NCBI GenBank assembly: GCA_951406725.2
Contig: OX597815.1
Location: 58,776,001 to 58,840,000, forward strand
DNA length: 64,000 bases
Direction of reading: 5' to 3'
Source: Octopus vulgaris
Lineage: Eukaryota
The position numbers were made by a program, and so were the translations under genes. Below, piece by piece: positions 37,330 through 51,310 of this stretch. How positions within the stretch are numbered: the stretch's first letter is position 1; every line of letters starts with the position of its first letter. The notes under the pieces are model-generated. The model made no database searches, had not been told where the DNA came from, and worked only from the letters and a program-made list of their open reading frames with translations.

Positions 37330-38990
37330 TCTTATTGGTGGGCATGTACATGTGTGCTTGGGTGCATGTATCTGGTATGTGTGTACATATGGGTGTGAGT
37401 GTGTATCAGCTGTGTATGTGTATGTGCATCTATACATGTATATTGGTATCTGATGTGTGTATATGTGTGTGTGAGTGCAGGTATGTGCACATATACATGT
37501 ACATTGATATCTGCTGCATGTGTGTATATGAATACTTCTGGTGTTTATGTATTTATGCATGTGTGAACATATGGGACTGGTGTATGAGTATGTGTGGGTA
37601 GTGATGTGCTGGTGTGTTGTATTTGGTGCCACACAGTGGTAACAGTATCATTGAACAGATAATCAGATATGTTGTTAGATTAAAATTTGGATTTGCTTGG
37701 AGAAGGAAGAAAGAAAGGAAAGCAATATACATATACATGTATGTATATACACACATATATATATAAAGACAATTATGGACAATTACAGAAAACACTGGAA
37801 AGACTGAACTGATCAGTCTGTGGAGGTTAAGTGCCCTGCCCTTGCTTATGAGGCAACTAGGTCTAAGGTGGTATATCTGGGTTGTTAGCAGTCAATGACT
37901 TGGAGTTCACCAGGAGGATGTACCTCTGAGGACAACAGTAAGACTGTTTGTTTTTCCTGTTAATGGTTACTGTAGATCAATGGAGAATAAGCAGTCTTTT
38001 CTGAAGATACTGCTGGCAGTTGGGGACTCTGGGTGAGTAAAGTGAAGCCTTGATGATACTCCATTTAATGATAGGGGAATCATTCTGGAAATTGTACAGT
38101 CTCCAGATAAAGAGAGAAAAGGAGGTAGAGTTTTTCCTATCTCTTCATCTGTGAGAATACACATGCTGTGTGTGTATACTGTCTCTTGAAATCATTGACC
38201 ACCAAGCCAGTGAAGTGCCTTGTGATACTGTTGGATGGTGTGAGAGTGGCTTTGTAGACCACAGCCTTTCAGGAAGGTTCCTTCCAGAGGGCAGCTGGTA
38301 AGGTTTCCATTGCAGGTTGGGGACTGTGTGGTTTGCATCTGTTGTAGCATGTGATATTAGAAGTGATGTTGTTTGAACAAGAGTAGCTTTCTTTGATGTT
38401 TTGTGAGTTGAAAAGCTTCTTACAAAATGCTTCTTGATCAACAACAGGAAGGTCCTAGCTGTGCTGGTTAAAACTTTTAGGTTACATAGGGGGTTGAACC
38501 AGATTATCTTTCTCTTTCTGGTTGTCTTCAGATATGGGACTGTTGGGTCCTCTATATATATCAACTTCTCAGTGCATCTGCTCCTTGCTAATTGCTCATT
38601 TTTATGAGGGGCAGCTCTGTTGAAGATCTATATCTGCTGAAAGTTTATGCATACATGTTTTTATTGATTGATTTTCCTTCTTTCTTCCCCCAGCACCACC
38701 ACCAAATCTTAATCCAACAACAAATTTGGTTACTCCCATCAGTGACAATGTTGCCACTACATAGCACCAAATACAAAACAATAGCACATCATTACACACA
38801 CCAGTCCCATACGCTAGATATGCTCACACATGCTTAAATACCACAGGTATGCATATACGTATGCATACTAAATACATATGCACACATGCATATACACAAA
38901 AGATAGTAATGCACATGTATACACACACATACTTCCCACACAAATGTACACACACACACACATCAGATATCAATATACATGTATACATGC
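37330..38990 (-). mobile_element. Penelope-like element remnant with degenerate inverted flanks
   Basis: ORF 38145..38564 RKRKIIWFNPLCNLKV..FLLLIKKHF. 37594-37690 is roughly the reverse complement of 38702-38800. Confidence 0.65.
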
Positions 38991-40115
38991 ACACAATTAA
39001 TTGTTTTTTGTCTTGTTGCTGTATTGCCAGTTATCATTTTAAAATTTAGTCTTTATTCATGTACACATTTTTTAATATTCTGTGCATATTATCTTTTGTC
39101 CAAATTTACCTACATTCTTTATTCCTATTAACAGCATTTCAACCCTTCAATTTTCTGCAGATATCTTTCTGCATAATACTTCATTCTAGGCCTGCATTCA
39201 ATTTTAATGCATACTTTCCAAGGTGACTTAGCTTTGCCAGCTTTTATCCAACATTATGCATACATAACACATTGTCCTTTTGCTTTATAATGATTATTGC
39301 TACCAATTTATGGCATGAATATTTCCATTTAAGAGCATTCATCTTTTTCTGCATTCTTTAGCTTCAAACCTGTACGCATGCTTCACATAAATTTTTCTAT
39401 TGTTTTTGTCCACTTGTCTTCCAACGAACTCACTGGCAGGGGAGTATCTGTAGGTGTGGTTAGCATTTGAAACCACGTCAGTCCTGTAATGGATGATATC
39501 CGTGACATATCAGGTTATGTTAACCTACATTTCAGTCAATCATATTTCAGGTGCATCTGTATGAATGCATGATTTGAATGGTAATTTCCACAGTTTCCCA
39601 CAAAAATATGGTCATGAATGAAGATACATGAGACATGCCAGGCAGAATTTCAAGAGAACTCACAGAAGAGAGCAGATGTCTTCTTGATCAAACTATGCTA
39701 ACCTTGTGTTGAAAGAACTCTCTCGCCAGACATAACATTCTCCTCACCTCTCATCAAACATAACATTTTCTCCTCTCACACACTAGCTGCTGGCTATCAG
39801 CATAACAGCCTTTGGCAAGTAGCCCTTGTAATATCAATATAGAAACAAATATGATTCATTAAAACTAAATATCATTGATTGGTTTTATATGGGAAAATCA
39901 CATGGCCAGACCAACTAATACAGCTCCCAACCACCCAATGCCACAGTTTTAACAATATTTACAATTGTCTGTGTTATAAACATTTTTTCAAGGCCTGTTT
40001 CATTATCAATATTAACTGTGCCTTCCTGATAAAACACATACTGTAAACTATCCATTTGCAGTCCATAATTTTTTCTAGCTATTTTGGTTTTCATCTATAT
40101 TATTTTATTTTCTAG

Positions 40116-40175
40116 ATGGTGATTCAGATAATGAAAGTGAAACACCCAGACCACTTCCTGAAACCCCTTCTCAGA
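40116..40175 (+). CDS. Host gene candidate exon C (DGDSDNESETPRPLPETPSQ)
   Basis: Strong acceptor ttttctag|, phase-1 entry matching exon B, acidic and Pro-rich content. The donor is weak (A|gttgta). Confidence 0.6.
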
Positions 40176-40539
40176 GTTGTATTTTTTATTTTTTATTATA
40201 TATTCTTTGACATATAATTTATCAATTATTTAGTGCAAACATTGATACAACTTTTAAAATGTTTCAAATATTTAAACATACACCAGAACCTGTTATACAT
40301 AAAAATATCATGGAAGATAAAGGATTACTACTATCTGCTCATAAACAATATTTAGTATTATATTTTATATTTAATTTTAAGTGTTTATTTAAATCATATC
40401 TTTCTGACCAAACCTATTTTTTACATAATAAAATATAAGTTTTTAAATAGTCAAACGTTACTGAATAATGTTTGATCATTTAGTGATTTGAGTTATGCTG
40501 TAAATTTCTTAATTGTTACTTTCCTATTTTAGGCCAAAG

Positions 40540-40578
40540 GCAGACCTGCTCTCTTTGAAAAATCTAATTTGTTAGATA
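40540..40578 (+). CDS. Host gene candidate exon D (RPALFEKSNLLD), possibly alternative
   Basis: Polypyrimidine tract then ag at 40532 or 40539, and donor A|gttagc. Only the 40540 start keeps phase 1. Confidence 0.3.
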
Positions 40579-41100
40579 GTTAGCAATTTATTTAAATGAA
40601 TAATATATCTGACCTCCTTAGTTCCAAAAATTCTATATTATTAAAAAGTTTGTTCAAGAGTTTTTTCATAAACATGTAACAATAGGATAAAGTGAAATGA
40701 TTATTAAATGAAAACAAACTCAATAAACTCTAGTTAAAGATAGAGCTATTTGTTAACTCCTCTAACACCTGAACATAACACATTCTCTTCAAATCTCTCA
40801 GAAAGTCATATTTCATCATATCTATTTTTTCCACCATTGTTCAAATTAGTTGATATTTTAAAAATCCTTTATTTCATTTTACTTTCTAGTAAATTGAGCT
40901 TATTTTTTGCTATAGAACGAACATGGAATTTTTCCCATACAATAATTATTTCCTGTAGGTAGTTTTTGAAATGTTTCTTCATTCAATAATACTGAGTAGC
41001 CTTGAGTAAAATGTATAGTAGAAAAACACAGACAGTCTAATTTAATTTCGTTTTTGGATTTGGTTTGCAAGATTCTTTATGTGAGTTCGTGTGTTGAAAC

Positions 41101-41358
41101 ATATTCTGTTGTGTCTGGGGAGAGTCATTCTCTTTTTGGTGCTTCATAGTTTAACACACTCACCGGTAAAATTTCCACTTATTTCTTTTTTATTTTTCTA
41201 AAATTTTCATTGCATCTTGCACCCTTTTCAAATAATAAACAAAATACGCAACAAAAATTCTAGAAAATTAAAAAAAGAAAGAAATGGAAATTTTACCGGT
41301 GTGTGTGTTAAATTATAAGGCACCAAAAGAGAATGACTCTCCCCAAACACAACAGAAT
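41101..41358. repeat. Inverted repeat with ~115-bp arms
   Basis: ATTCTGTTGTGTCTGGGGAGAGTCATTCTC..CACCGGTAAAATTTCCA pairs with TGGAAATTTTACCGGTG..GAGAATGACTCTCCCCAAACACAACAGAAT. Confidence 0.85.
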
Positions 41359-41458
41359 CTGATTTTAAGTATTCATAAATGTAAAAACATTATATAGTCT
41401 GATTAGCTTGATATTTATGTATTTTATACTCTTACATCTTTTAATTTATTACTTTCAG

Positions 41459-41521
41459 GAAAAATGCTACTTACAAACATTAGTATTGACTCTGCCCTTA
41501 TTCCTCCTCTACCTATCATTA
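41459..41521 (+). CDS. Host gene candidate exon E (KMLLTNISIDSALIPPLPII)
   Basis: tttcag| acceptor and A|gtatgt donor; phase 1 to 1; PPLP motif. Confidence 0.6.
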
Positions 41522-41658
41522 GTATGTTGTTGTTTTTGTTGGTCTCCTATTAATACTTCGCTTTAAATTGCTTACTCTTTAGTATTCATTTTTTCTTATT
41601 TTTCTTTTTAAATTGTAATGAGTGGTTTATTGTTTTGACTACTTATTAACCCTATACT

Positions 41659-41819
41659 TTAAAACTCAATCATTTTTGAAAAGCAAATAGTTTAATGACA
41701 AAAATAGACAATTTAAAGAGAGTTAAGTATTCTTATCTATTCTTGTCATTAAACTATTTGCTTCCAGCTTACAGATGTATTTGTCAGATGTGTGCATTTC
41801 AATAATGATTGAGTTTTAA
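41659..41819. repeat. Nested palindrome (MITE-like)
   Basis: TTAAAACTCAATCATT pairs with AATGATTGAGTTTTAA, and AAGCAAATAGTTTAATGACAA pairs with TTGTCATTAAACTATTTGCTT. Confidence 0.75.
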
Positions 41820-42069
41820 ACATTTTTATACTACTTACACTGTGTTTTGCTTCTTAAGCCAATGTAATTGCTATTTACTTATACTATAGATCCATGCTTT
41901 GCTCTGTTTTTCCTTTGTATGAAAATATTTACTGATTGATTTATATAACTAATAACATATATGATGTATTATAAGCACCATATCTGTTATTAGTTATGTC
42001 AGTCAACCAGTCAAAGGGTCCATAATTCTTATCCTATGACTGTTTCTTTTGAAATGATATTTAACTTTC

Positions 42070-42800
42070 AATGATTCAGTCCACTTAAATGCATCCATTT
42101 TAACATGTTTGCATAAATCCTTGCATAGGTTAAACACAGCATTCTTCCACTTGTTGCATTCCTTTTTCAGCACTTTTGTGAGGTTGACCTTCCTGAGATC
42201 ACTTCTGCTCATGTCTTCTTTGGTTTCCTCCTCCATTGGTTTCTTCCATATGAATTTTTTGGCACTTCTTCATGCACTTTTCATCTTCTTACCCATCATA
42301 TGTTCATATCGACATAGTCATTGCTCTTGTACCCTATATTTGATTCCTCGTATACCCAATTTTTTTCTCAGTTCATCTGTACCTTGTCATTCAATAATAC
42401 TAATATTGTACATCCAAAGGATAATATTTCCTTTGTTTCTTTTCCAACTTTTGGACATGTTCTGCATTCAGTACCTACATCTTAGTATGCAGCATCATAG
42501 TTCATACACTTGCATCATACAATTTACTTTTCACTTAGAGAATCCTCTCATTGTTAACAGAGAGATATTAGCTGCCTGAACTCTTTCCACCCTATTCTAA
42601 TTCTGGCAACTAAACTTTCTCAACAACCTCCTCTACTGCTGTTTGTGTCACCTAGGTTATAGAAGGTATCAAATACTTCTATAGAGCTCTCTGAACTTTG
42701 CAAAGAATTTATTATCCTGTGCTATGAGGGTTCACTACTCCTCTACAATTAATGCAGGAAAATTCTGTATTTACTGCCAGCCTATCTTTGTTTCCACTTA
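42070..42800 (-). mobile_element. Degenerate RTE-clade LINE 3' fragment
   Basis: Minus-strand EVFDTFYNLGD and further pieces colinear with the RTE fragment at 29310-30000. Confidence 0.5.
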
Positions 42801-44089
42801 TATTTCTTGTGCACCCATAGATCACAGAGTACACTGTATGGAATTTCTACTTATTCCTTATCAGTGAAAATCTTACTACTATATGTAGAAGAGAAATGTT
42901 TTGTTTTTGGTTCAAATATATCTTTTGGTTTATCATTCCCTTGGATGATTATATAGCTTACCACACACCTTGTTGCCCTTCCATCTCATCTATCCTCCTT
43001 TATTCCTCCACTAGATTTATGGTCCTCCTCATCCCTCTGGCTCCCTCACTCTTCACTAGGCATATGTATTGGAGACTGCAGTGGTCCATCCACATCCCTT
43101 CACCAGGCCAATGTATAAGAGATTGCTTTTAGTCATTCCTATACCTCTGATTGTTTCACCCATCTTTACCTTTGTCCATCTCTGCTGTTCTAAATAACTT
43201 TGCCCACTTACCTCATACTGCTCCAATCTTTCTATCATCCAGGCCTTTCTGACATCATCATTCTCTTGGTACTTATATATTCCCTGTACCCACTTTTGGC
43301 CACTTTTGCTCCCACCTGTTTCTCATCTCTATATGTCTAGGCTCTAAATATATTCTAGAATATACTGTGTGCAAGACATCACCCTTCCTATACTACCCAA
43401 CAACTTGTGCACCTTCAAGGTATTGGGTGAGTGAGACGTTCTTCCTAGTGCAGGTACCACAAAATGCACCCAGTATGTCTTGTAAAGGTGTTGGCAAACT
43501 GAGCAGAAAATATGTAAGGTTCTGAAGTCCCTTTATTCAACCTCTCTTGTGTTTGTACTACGGAAAATGAACCCAGTACACTCTGTAAAGTGGTGATGGA
43601 AAGGGCAGACAACCATAAAAACTGAGCAAAATGACATGTACAGCCATCAATCTATGAAAGATAACTCAAACTATTAATGATCCATGCAATTTATACCAGC
43701 TTGGAAAGCTGAAATAAAAATGAGTATGATGGCTAGCTTATTATTTCTATTTCTACTGCTTACTGTCATCTCAGCAATTAACTATTTTATTTTGTTACTA
43801 AAAGTGGAGTGGTGATATTGTTAAATGCCTTAAGATATCAATTTCTGAACATTTTAAATGATTAATTATGGTGGGGTTGATTTTGGCTTTCATCTTTCTT
43901 GGTTTGAGTAGTTTATTACCAGAAATACTGAAATTAATTTAATAACCATGTTTCTTCTTTACAAATTTGATTTTGTTCTGCTTCTTTGAAACATTTCTTA
44001 ATGAAAAAAATGTATTTTTAGAGAGTATAAATTTCATTTCATCATTTATTGGTGAACTGTAAACCCAATGATAATATTGGTTTTAAATT

Positions 44090-44255
44090 TTGACACAATT
44101 GACCTCAGTGCTCAGCTGATATTTATTTTATCAACCCTGAAAGGATGTAAAGCAAAGTTAACCTCAGTGTAATTTAAACTCAGAAAATAAAGATGGATGA
44201 AATCCCACTAAGCATTTTGCCCTGTGTGCTAATGATTCTGTCAGCCCACAGCCTT
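44090..44255 (-). mobile_element. Degenerate second SINE family (Meta-domain-like); a head fragment also lies at ~22131-22173
   Basis: Minus strand CAGAATCATTAGCAC..GGCAAAATGCTTAG..TTCTGAGTTTAAAT..CTTTGCTTTACATCCTTTCAGGGTTGATAAAATAAATATCAG. Confidence 0.5.
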
Positions 44256-46789
44256 AAATTTGATGATAATACTGTTACTTTATTCATGTTTTCTCTAACC
44301 CATCTTTTATTAATTTTATGACATTTTCTGTAATTTCATTTGTCTGAGGAAATGGTGCAGTTCCTCCTAGTTTGGTTAAGTCTGTGAGATTGACATCCAG
44401 TTAAAAATGTAGGTAGAATGAAAATCGCAGAATATTTCTAGTAATTCTTGGAACTTCAGATAAACGGCTAATTAGATAAGTTGTTGGACTGCCTTGTTGA
44501 ACTGCCACTACACTGGCCTTGAGTTCAAATCTGTTGCAAATATTTTGGATGCTTTTTTTATGTTGCAAAGCATTTTGCACTAACTTTACAACATCATTGC
44601 TAGATAATGTGAGTTTCTACCATCTCTCATACCCTTGTCATCTGAAAACCAGAGTTAATTATTAGTTTTAATAAAAATATTTGATTTAGAAAAAATTCAT
44701 ATTTGCTTCCAAACATAGCTCTTGATTCCATTGTGTTAAGTGGTTCTCAGTTTAATCTCTGTATGGATCACTACTTTATTATAGATAAATTGAGTTGGGA
44801 AAAATTTTTAAATGCCAGGAAACATTTTAAAATAGTTGCAGCAAGATGTAGACAAGATCACAAGAGTCTTGTAAACTTATAATCATGAACCTTATAAACC
44901 TCTAATTTCGTGCTGACTAAATAATATGCAAATTCAGAGTCTATTTTATTACTATTAAAACAAATATATATTTTATTACTGTTTTCCTTTTACTAGTTTC
45001 ACTCATTAAACTGTAGCCTTTAGAAGTTTTTAAACCATTATATGAATTCCAGCATATTTCCATTTTGAAATTTATGTTATCTCTTTTTTTCAAGCCACTA
45101 AGGTACAAGGTATAAAACCACCAGTTTTTAAACCAGTGAAAATATAAAGCTAGCACGAATACACATACTCAAGCATATCTAATGCAGACATGCACACATA
45201 CACATGCACAGACACAAACACACATACATTCACACACATACACACATGTGCACAAATGAAAGCAAATAGCACTGTGTACATGAGTAGAGTTGATTTAGTC
45301 AGAGTTACTCAGAGTTTTGCAGACACATATATCAAGTTTATGCCTATGACTAGTCAAACAATATTATGAATTGTAACAGGTGTCATCCACTAAAATTATA
45401 GCCTCTTGCCAGCCATAATTAGAAACCTTCTTGCTTGTATAAGTTGGAAAATCCCTGAGCTATTCACAGGCAGAGGTCTTTGATAGAACAGCACCCTATT
45501 ATAATGATATCTAGCTAGGAGCAGCTTAAGTAGCAAACTAGTCTACATGAATAGAATCTTATCCACCCCACAATTGAGTATAATCAGGAAAATACATAGC
45601 TAAGAATTTCCTAGCTTTAATAAGCCATAATTTCCTACAAATACCACAAGCTTTTCCACTCACACCGTGTTAAGACTAGCTCTTCATGTATTTACAACAT
45701 TGCCTCCCAAATCAAATACTGTAACAGCAAATGCTCTAAAGCTGATGTATACTTTCTAAAATCTCTCTGTCTTTGCACTACTTCTTGGAAATGGTGTGCT
45801 GAGAAACCATAACATATTAAATAGAATTATATGAGGTTAACTATAACCATTTTCAAGGTTGTTTTGTTCAGCATCTTCAGTCACTCTGGTGAAAGAACAG
45901 AGAAAATTCTATATCTCTGTCACATATCAGCTGGATACTTAAAGATAAGATACTGGTATGCTCTCCAGTAACATGGGGTATTATGAATAGGGCCACTCCA
46001 TACATTAAACTGGTCACCCTGAAAAGTTCTAGGTCTCAAAGCAGCCTGAGAATCTCTTAACTGGCAAACAAAGATATTGTTTAATTGCTGCTACTAGAGG
46101 ATGGTACTTCTGGAATTTTTTGGTCACTCTAAAGCCACAACCGACAACAAATCAGTTTTAGACAGTTTCAACCAGCTTGAAGATGATAGAATTGAACATA
46201 GTTGCCTCTTTCGACACCACAGCATCCTGAGCAACATAAGCCTTACTGTCTATAAATTTGTAACAAATTTTATCATTTAACCCAATGAGAGTCAACCTTC
46301 CAAAGTGATAAATGGAGCTGATATCTTTTGTTATTATTCACAATATTGTCTGGCAGATCACATGCATATACCTAAAGTATGTTTCTGTTAAACTCTAGGT
46401 AACAATGGAGTAAATTACAAAATCCTTATGTGCTTCCTCCATGCTAACATTCATTTCTTACTCAAGAAATGAGTGCTAGGATAGAAAAAGCACATAAGTA
46501 GAACATTGTCATTAGTAAGGTCACAGAGTGTGATGAATCAAGAACTGTTTTCCTATAAAATGAACATGCTAGTGAAACTTTACACTGATAATGAAAAGGC
46601 AGTCTCTTATTTCCTTTATTCCTTTATGTGTTCCAGTCCTAGGATGTGACCATGTTTATGCACAGCCATTAGTATAAGTAAAAAAAATAATGCTTTCTTT
46701 CAAATGTTTTAAAATATATATTACATTTTTTATATCTCTTCATTTAAATACAAATGGATAATATTGGTCTTGTTATTCTGATTCAACAG

Positions 46790-46797
46790 AACGTAAG
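46790..46797 (+). CDS. Candidate 8-nt micro-exon F
   Basis: caacag|AACGTAAG|gtaaga. Confidence 0.3.
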
Positions 46798-47485
46798 GTA
46801 AGATTTAATTTTATTACTTTTTATCTGACTTTATGTAAATACAATATCATTTTGCTAATTACAAAGTTGTCTGTGTAGTATATATATATTGAATTTTTTA
46901 AATATTTCTACTAGAGCTCACTAACTTAGTAATCATAATGGAGGTATCTAAAATAAATAGCCTACATGAGTTTCTTTGGTTCGACAACACTAGTAAAATG
47001 TGTTCCTTCAATATATAAGAGTTAAAATATCTTTGTGTATGTCATATATATTTTTTGAAATATTTTATCTAATGTGAATTGTAGATTGATTCACTGGTCC
47101 TTGAGAACCAAACTTCTGATGAGGTTATTGCTCACAATTTTAAGACCAAAGAAGACACTTTGTTTTGTGTTTATTACCAAAGACATTTTCTTTCAAAACT
47201 ATGACTAAAAAATAGCTGATGGTGACTTGAAGATAAACTGTTTCTTGACAATTTTAAACAAATGAAAGTCTTCTGGTGTATTCAATCAGTAAAATCCACA
47301 TTCTGTTAAGAGTACTCTTACTATGAAATATGAAAAAATGAGTATATGTTAGTACATTGTTGGGTATTCATACAAGATGTAATAACTAGAAAAATCTATT
47401 TGATATTTGAAAAAATATGAAAATATACTTCCTTGTTTAATATACAGATCTACTTAAGTTTTTCTTCTCATGTTTTTTTTTAAAG

Positions 47486-47498
47486 CTGAAGGCAAAAG
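47486..47498 (+). CDS. Candidate 13-nt micro-exon G
   Basis: T-tract aaag|CTGAAGGCAAAAG|gtaact; bridges phase 1 (exon E) to phase 2 (exon I). Confidence 0.4.
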
Positions 47499-47589
47499 GT
47501 AACTTGTAAGTATATTATATATATTCAAATAAATTTTATAGTTTTACATTCTCTATATTACTCACTTTATCTCAAACTTCTTCAAGAAG

Positions 47590-48240
47590 TGTTTCACTAT
47601 TAACTTAACTTTGGTTGATCTCCAGTTTCATGCATGTCTCTGTCAATAATACTAATGTAGCTGAGTGATCCTCATCTTCTATTAGGGTATAGATGTATCC
47701 CATATACTACATGTGACATTGCCTGGTACTCAGCTCAATAGCAGTGGTCAGCAAAGCCACTGACATGGGTTTTGTGCTCATATCATGAGATGTTTTGTAC
47801 TTATGATAAACCTGATGGTTTGTTGAAACTTCTTCATAATCTAGATTTTGGCCATGTAGAGAAGAATGCTCTCTACTTATACCCTTAAGAAGGCTTGCCT
47901 TATTGAATCTGAAATACTTAACTGACAAACATTTTGGTGCTTGATACTTTTGGGCTAATTTTTGCATGTCAGAAAGTCTTTCTAACTGTCAGCAACATAT
48001 TTGGAATTACTGACTTCCTTGAGTTGAGTGCCATCATTGGAACACATCAACAATTGATTTTCATCTTCATTCACGATCATATTCTCAATATTTTTTGCAC
48101 TGACAAACAAACCCCTGTGACTACAGTATTCCCAAGGGGTATAAACAAGCCTTGCACAGCACACAATTGATGATTTATCAGTACAAAATCATTAGCATAG
48201 GCAAAGTCAGGGTGATACAAGCTCTGTTTTGATTACTTGT
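47590..48240 (-). mobile_element. Degenerate non-LTR RT remnant (RTE-like)
   Basis: Minus-strand PDFAYAND (a YADD-like motif) followed by GLFVSAK..LKEVSNSKYV. Confidence 0.45.
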
Positions 48241-50276
48241 GATTGATAGGGAAATTTTTATTTAGGAAAGGACTGAGATGGTTTGTTTAGTATTCTTCCT
48301 TGAAGCAAGTGGTATTTATATTCAATAAAAATTGAAGAAAGATAGCCAAGTAATTAAAACACCTTAATGTTCAAGGTCCATAAATTCAAATCAAATACTA
48401 GTGTTGAAGTTTTGAATAGCTAACTTTATTATATAGATCTCAATTTATATAACTGTCATGGATATGTTCCAGAACTTCTGGCTATAGTCTTAAGGGAAAT
48501 TTGTCTTAATTATTACAGAAACCCAATTTAAGCACTAAAGTTTGTAAAATGATCCAATTTTAACTTATATTTTATTGACTTTAAACATGATTAAATTGTC
48601 AAGATTCCTATTGGAAGATGTGAAGCAAAAATTGATAATAAGCAGGTGGTGTTCATTTTAAATTGGGAGAGAATTTTGAATGGAAAGTGTAAGGGTAGAA
48701 GAGTGTGTGATGTAGTTGTCATTGAAGGAAAATCATAAATGAGAAAAAATGGATTTGTGGGGGGATACTACTGACATTTAAAACTGAAAGAGTATTATCA
48801 GCATCAAGTAATATAATAGAGCCAGTTATGCATCAGATCAGTATGATTATTTTCAAGTCCAAGGATTTGTGGAAAGAGATTTGGGCCTAGAGATATGAGA
48901 ACTTTGGTAACAAAAGAAAGTTTTAATACCACTGAGATCATATGTTATCCATATAGGAAGTATTAGAATCTATACTGGAAGAAAGAGAGAGAGAGAGAGA
49001 GAGAGTAGTATAATAAGTAGTTTTCCTCATTTTAGAAATGTTAGATGTTGAACTAATTCTTGAGATAATAGAGTTTTTCTTAAGGAGGACTGGATGCATA
49101 GGTATATATTTTTATAACATAGTTTGTTAATGGAGAAAGGAAAGTTAAATAGCTTAGTTAGAATAGATCATATGCATGTCATATATGGCACATATTCTAG
49201 GGCTGGTGGATTTGACACTCCTTCATTTCTCTCCATTTTATTCATTTTACTCTTGCTTCACACCTCAAAACTCACGCAGTAGTTGTGATGAAACTCTTTA
49301 CCATATATCCTTTGGCTGTATTTCCACAGCAGTGCACTCTATCCTGCCCTATGTGTTCCCTGCAATTACTGAAATGTACCAATTCAAATTAAACATTAAC
49401 TACATTAATATAATCCAAATTTCCTAATTTTCCAATCTAGGAAGTTAAAAGAAGCTTAATACCAATCCCTTTATTTTTTCAGTCAGCTATATCAATGTTT
49501 CCACCAATCAATAAATGCCATCCTTGGTTGTTTTCCTCCCAACTTTGGTTGTTTTCCTCCCAACTTTGAAAACTAAAAAAGAAATTTAAATGTTTAACTT
49601 TTGAAACCAGTATTTTATGTTAAATAGCAAATTTTACTATGAATAACTGAAATTTACTTTTTAAATATTTATCTATGGAATAAAACTTGAGCTGATCACA
49701 CATGAATTAGAAGTTTCTTTACCAAAGAGTTTGTTCATGCTTGTATTGGTAATGTACTCTCTGAAACTTAATGCATCCACCCTACATTCTCTAAGTTTTC
49801 ATCTTTCCCTCTCTTTCCCTTTGTCTTATTGATTAACTTCTTTTGTATATTATGTATTTCTTATGTTTGTCTTGACTGAAGAGATCATATTCATTGGATG
49901 CTGTTGTAGTAGTGACAAATGTATCTCTTTGTTTGAAGAAAATTGTATATTTATTGATAAGGAATTAATAGGTTGAAGCAAGCATGCTGCAAGAACAAAC
50001 TGTGCTCCTCATGTTTCCATATGGTTTTTCATTTCATTATGAATTTAGTTTGTGTGCTATTTTTACATTCTTTGTACCTTAGAATGACTTATTATGGATG
50101 TCTTCTACATGTGCTGTAAAAAGAAATATCTTCAGAGAACCCGATAAGCTATTCTATAATATCTTATTTGATATCTTCAAATTTAATTAGCATGAACTAA
50201 AATCATTTTGACTCAATAAAATAAATATCTGTACTTCCCTGAAGCACATGTAATGTACTACATTATCTATTTTCAG

Positions 50277-50387
50277 CGTCTTCAAATTGGTTTAAATGCA
50301 TATAATAAGCAAGATAGCTTCCACCCTCCTATGATAATGTCTCAGAAATTTTTTACACTATATTTACTGATTCACAAAAAAGGAAGA
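50277..50387 (+). CDS. Candidate host exon H; frame and acceptor unresolved (RLQIG.. from 50277, or LPPSYDNVSEIF.. from 50318)
   Basis: ttttcag| acceptor and A|gtattt donor. The PPSY/YDNV-containing frame needs the internal tag acceptor at 50317. Confidence 0.35.
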
Positions 50388-50454
50388 GTATTTTCTGTGT
50401 AGCTCTAAAGAAGCTTCCTAAATGTTCCAGTTATATACTATATATCTTATTCCA

Positions 50455-50500
<46 letters not shown>

Positions 50501-51310
50501 AGAATTTTTCATCAAAAGTAGAGTCCAGAGTAATCCATAGGTAGGAGAGGTGCATCCGGAGTGTAAAAAGTCCCAAAAAGAATCCGTAAAGGGTAGAAAG
50601 GTAGAAAGCCCAGTGGAGAAGTTTGTGGGTGATGAGAGGAGACAGGATCAACTGATATATGGGGAGAATTCACGAAAAAAACAAAAGACAAAGACAGGTG
50701 GTGTAGAAAACAAACAGATGTATTAGTATAACACTCGGGAATTGAAGAAGTCTTTTATGTTTCAAGCCTACGCTCTTCCACAGAAAGAAACAAGGAGAGA
50801 AAAGAATGTGTGTAGTGGCTACCGATCTATCATAGCGACTATATATATAGTCGACTATGTGTATATATATATTTTTGTGTATATATATATATATATATGT
50901 GTATGTGCACATGTGTGTATATATGTGTATGTATATATATATGTATACATGTGTATATGTGTGTGTTTTATTTAGCTGTTTGTGTGTGTGCAATTAGTTT
51001 CGTTTAGAAATCTTCTGCGGACAGATATATATATATTCTTTCTCTATTTCTTCCTTCTCTCTCTGTCTCTTCAGTTCTCTCCCTCACGCTTCTCCTTGTC
51101 TCTTCATTACTCTCTTCTTTCTTACTCTCCTCTTTCAGCTCTCAATCTCTCTTACTCAATCTCTCTTCTCTCTTACTCTCTTCTTTTGGCTCCCAATCTC
51201 TCCTTAAGTACATAGACGCTCTCTTTCTCTATTTCTTCCCTACCCCCTATTGCACTATTAGATAATATAAATTAATATAATTAGATAAATAGATAGATAG
51301 ATAATATATC

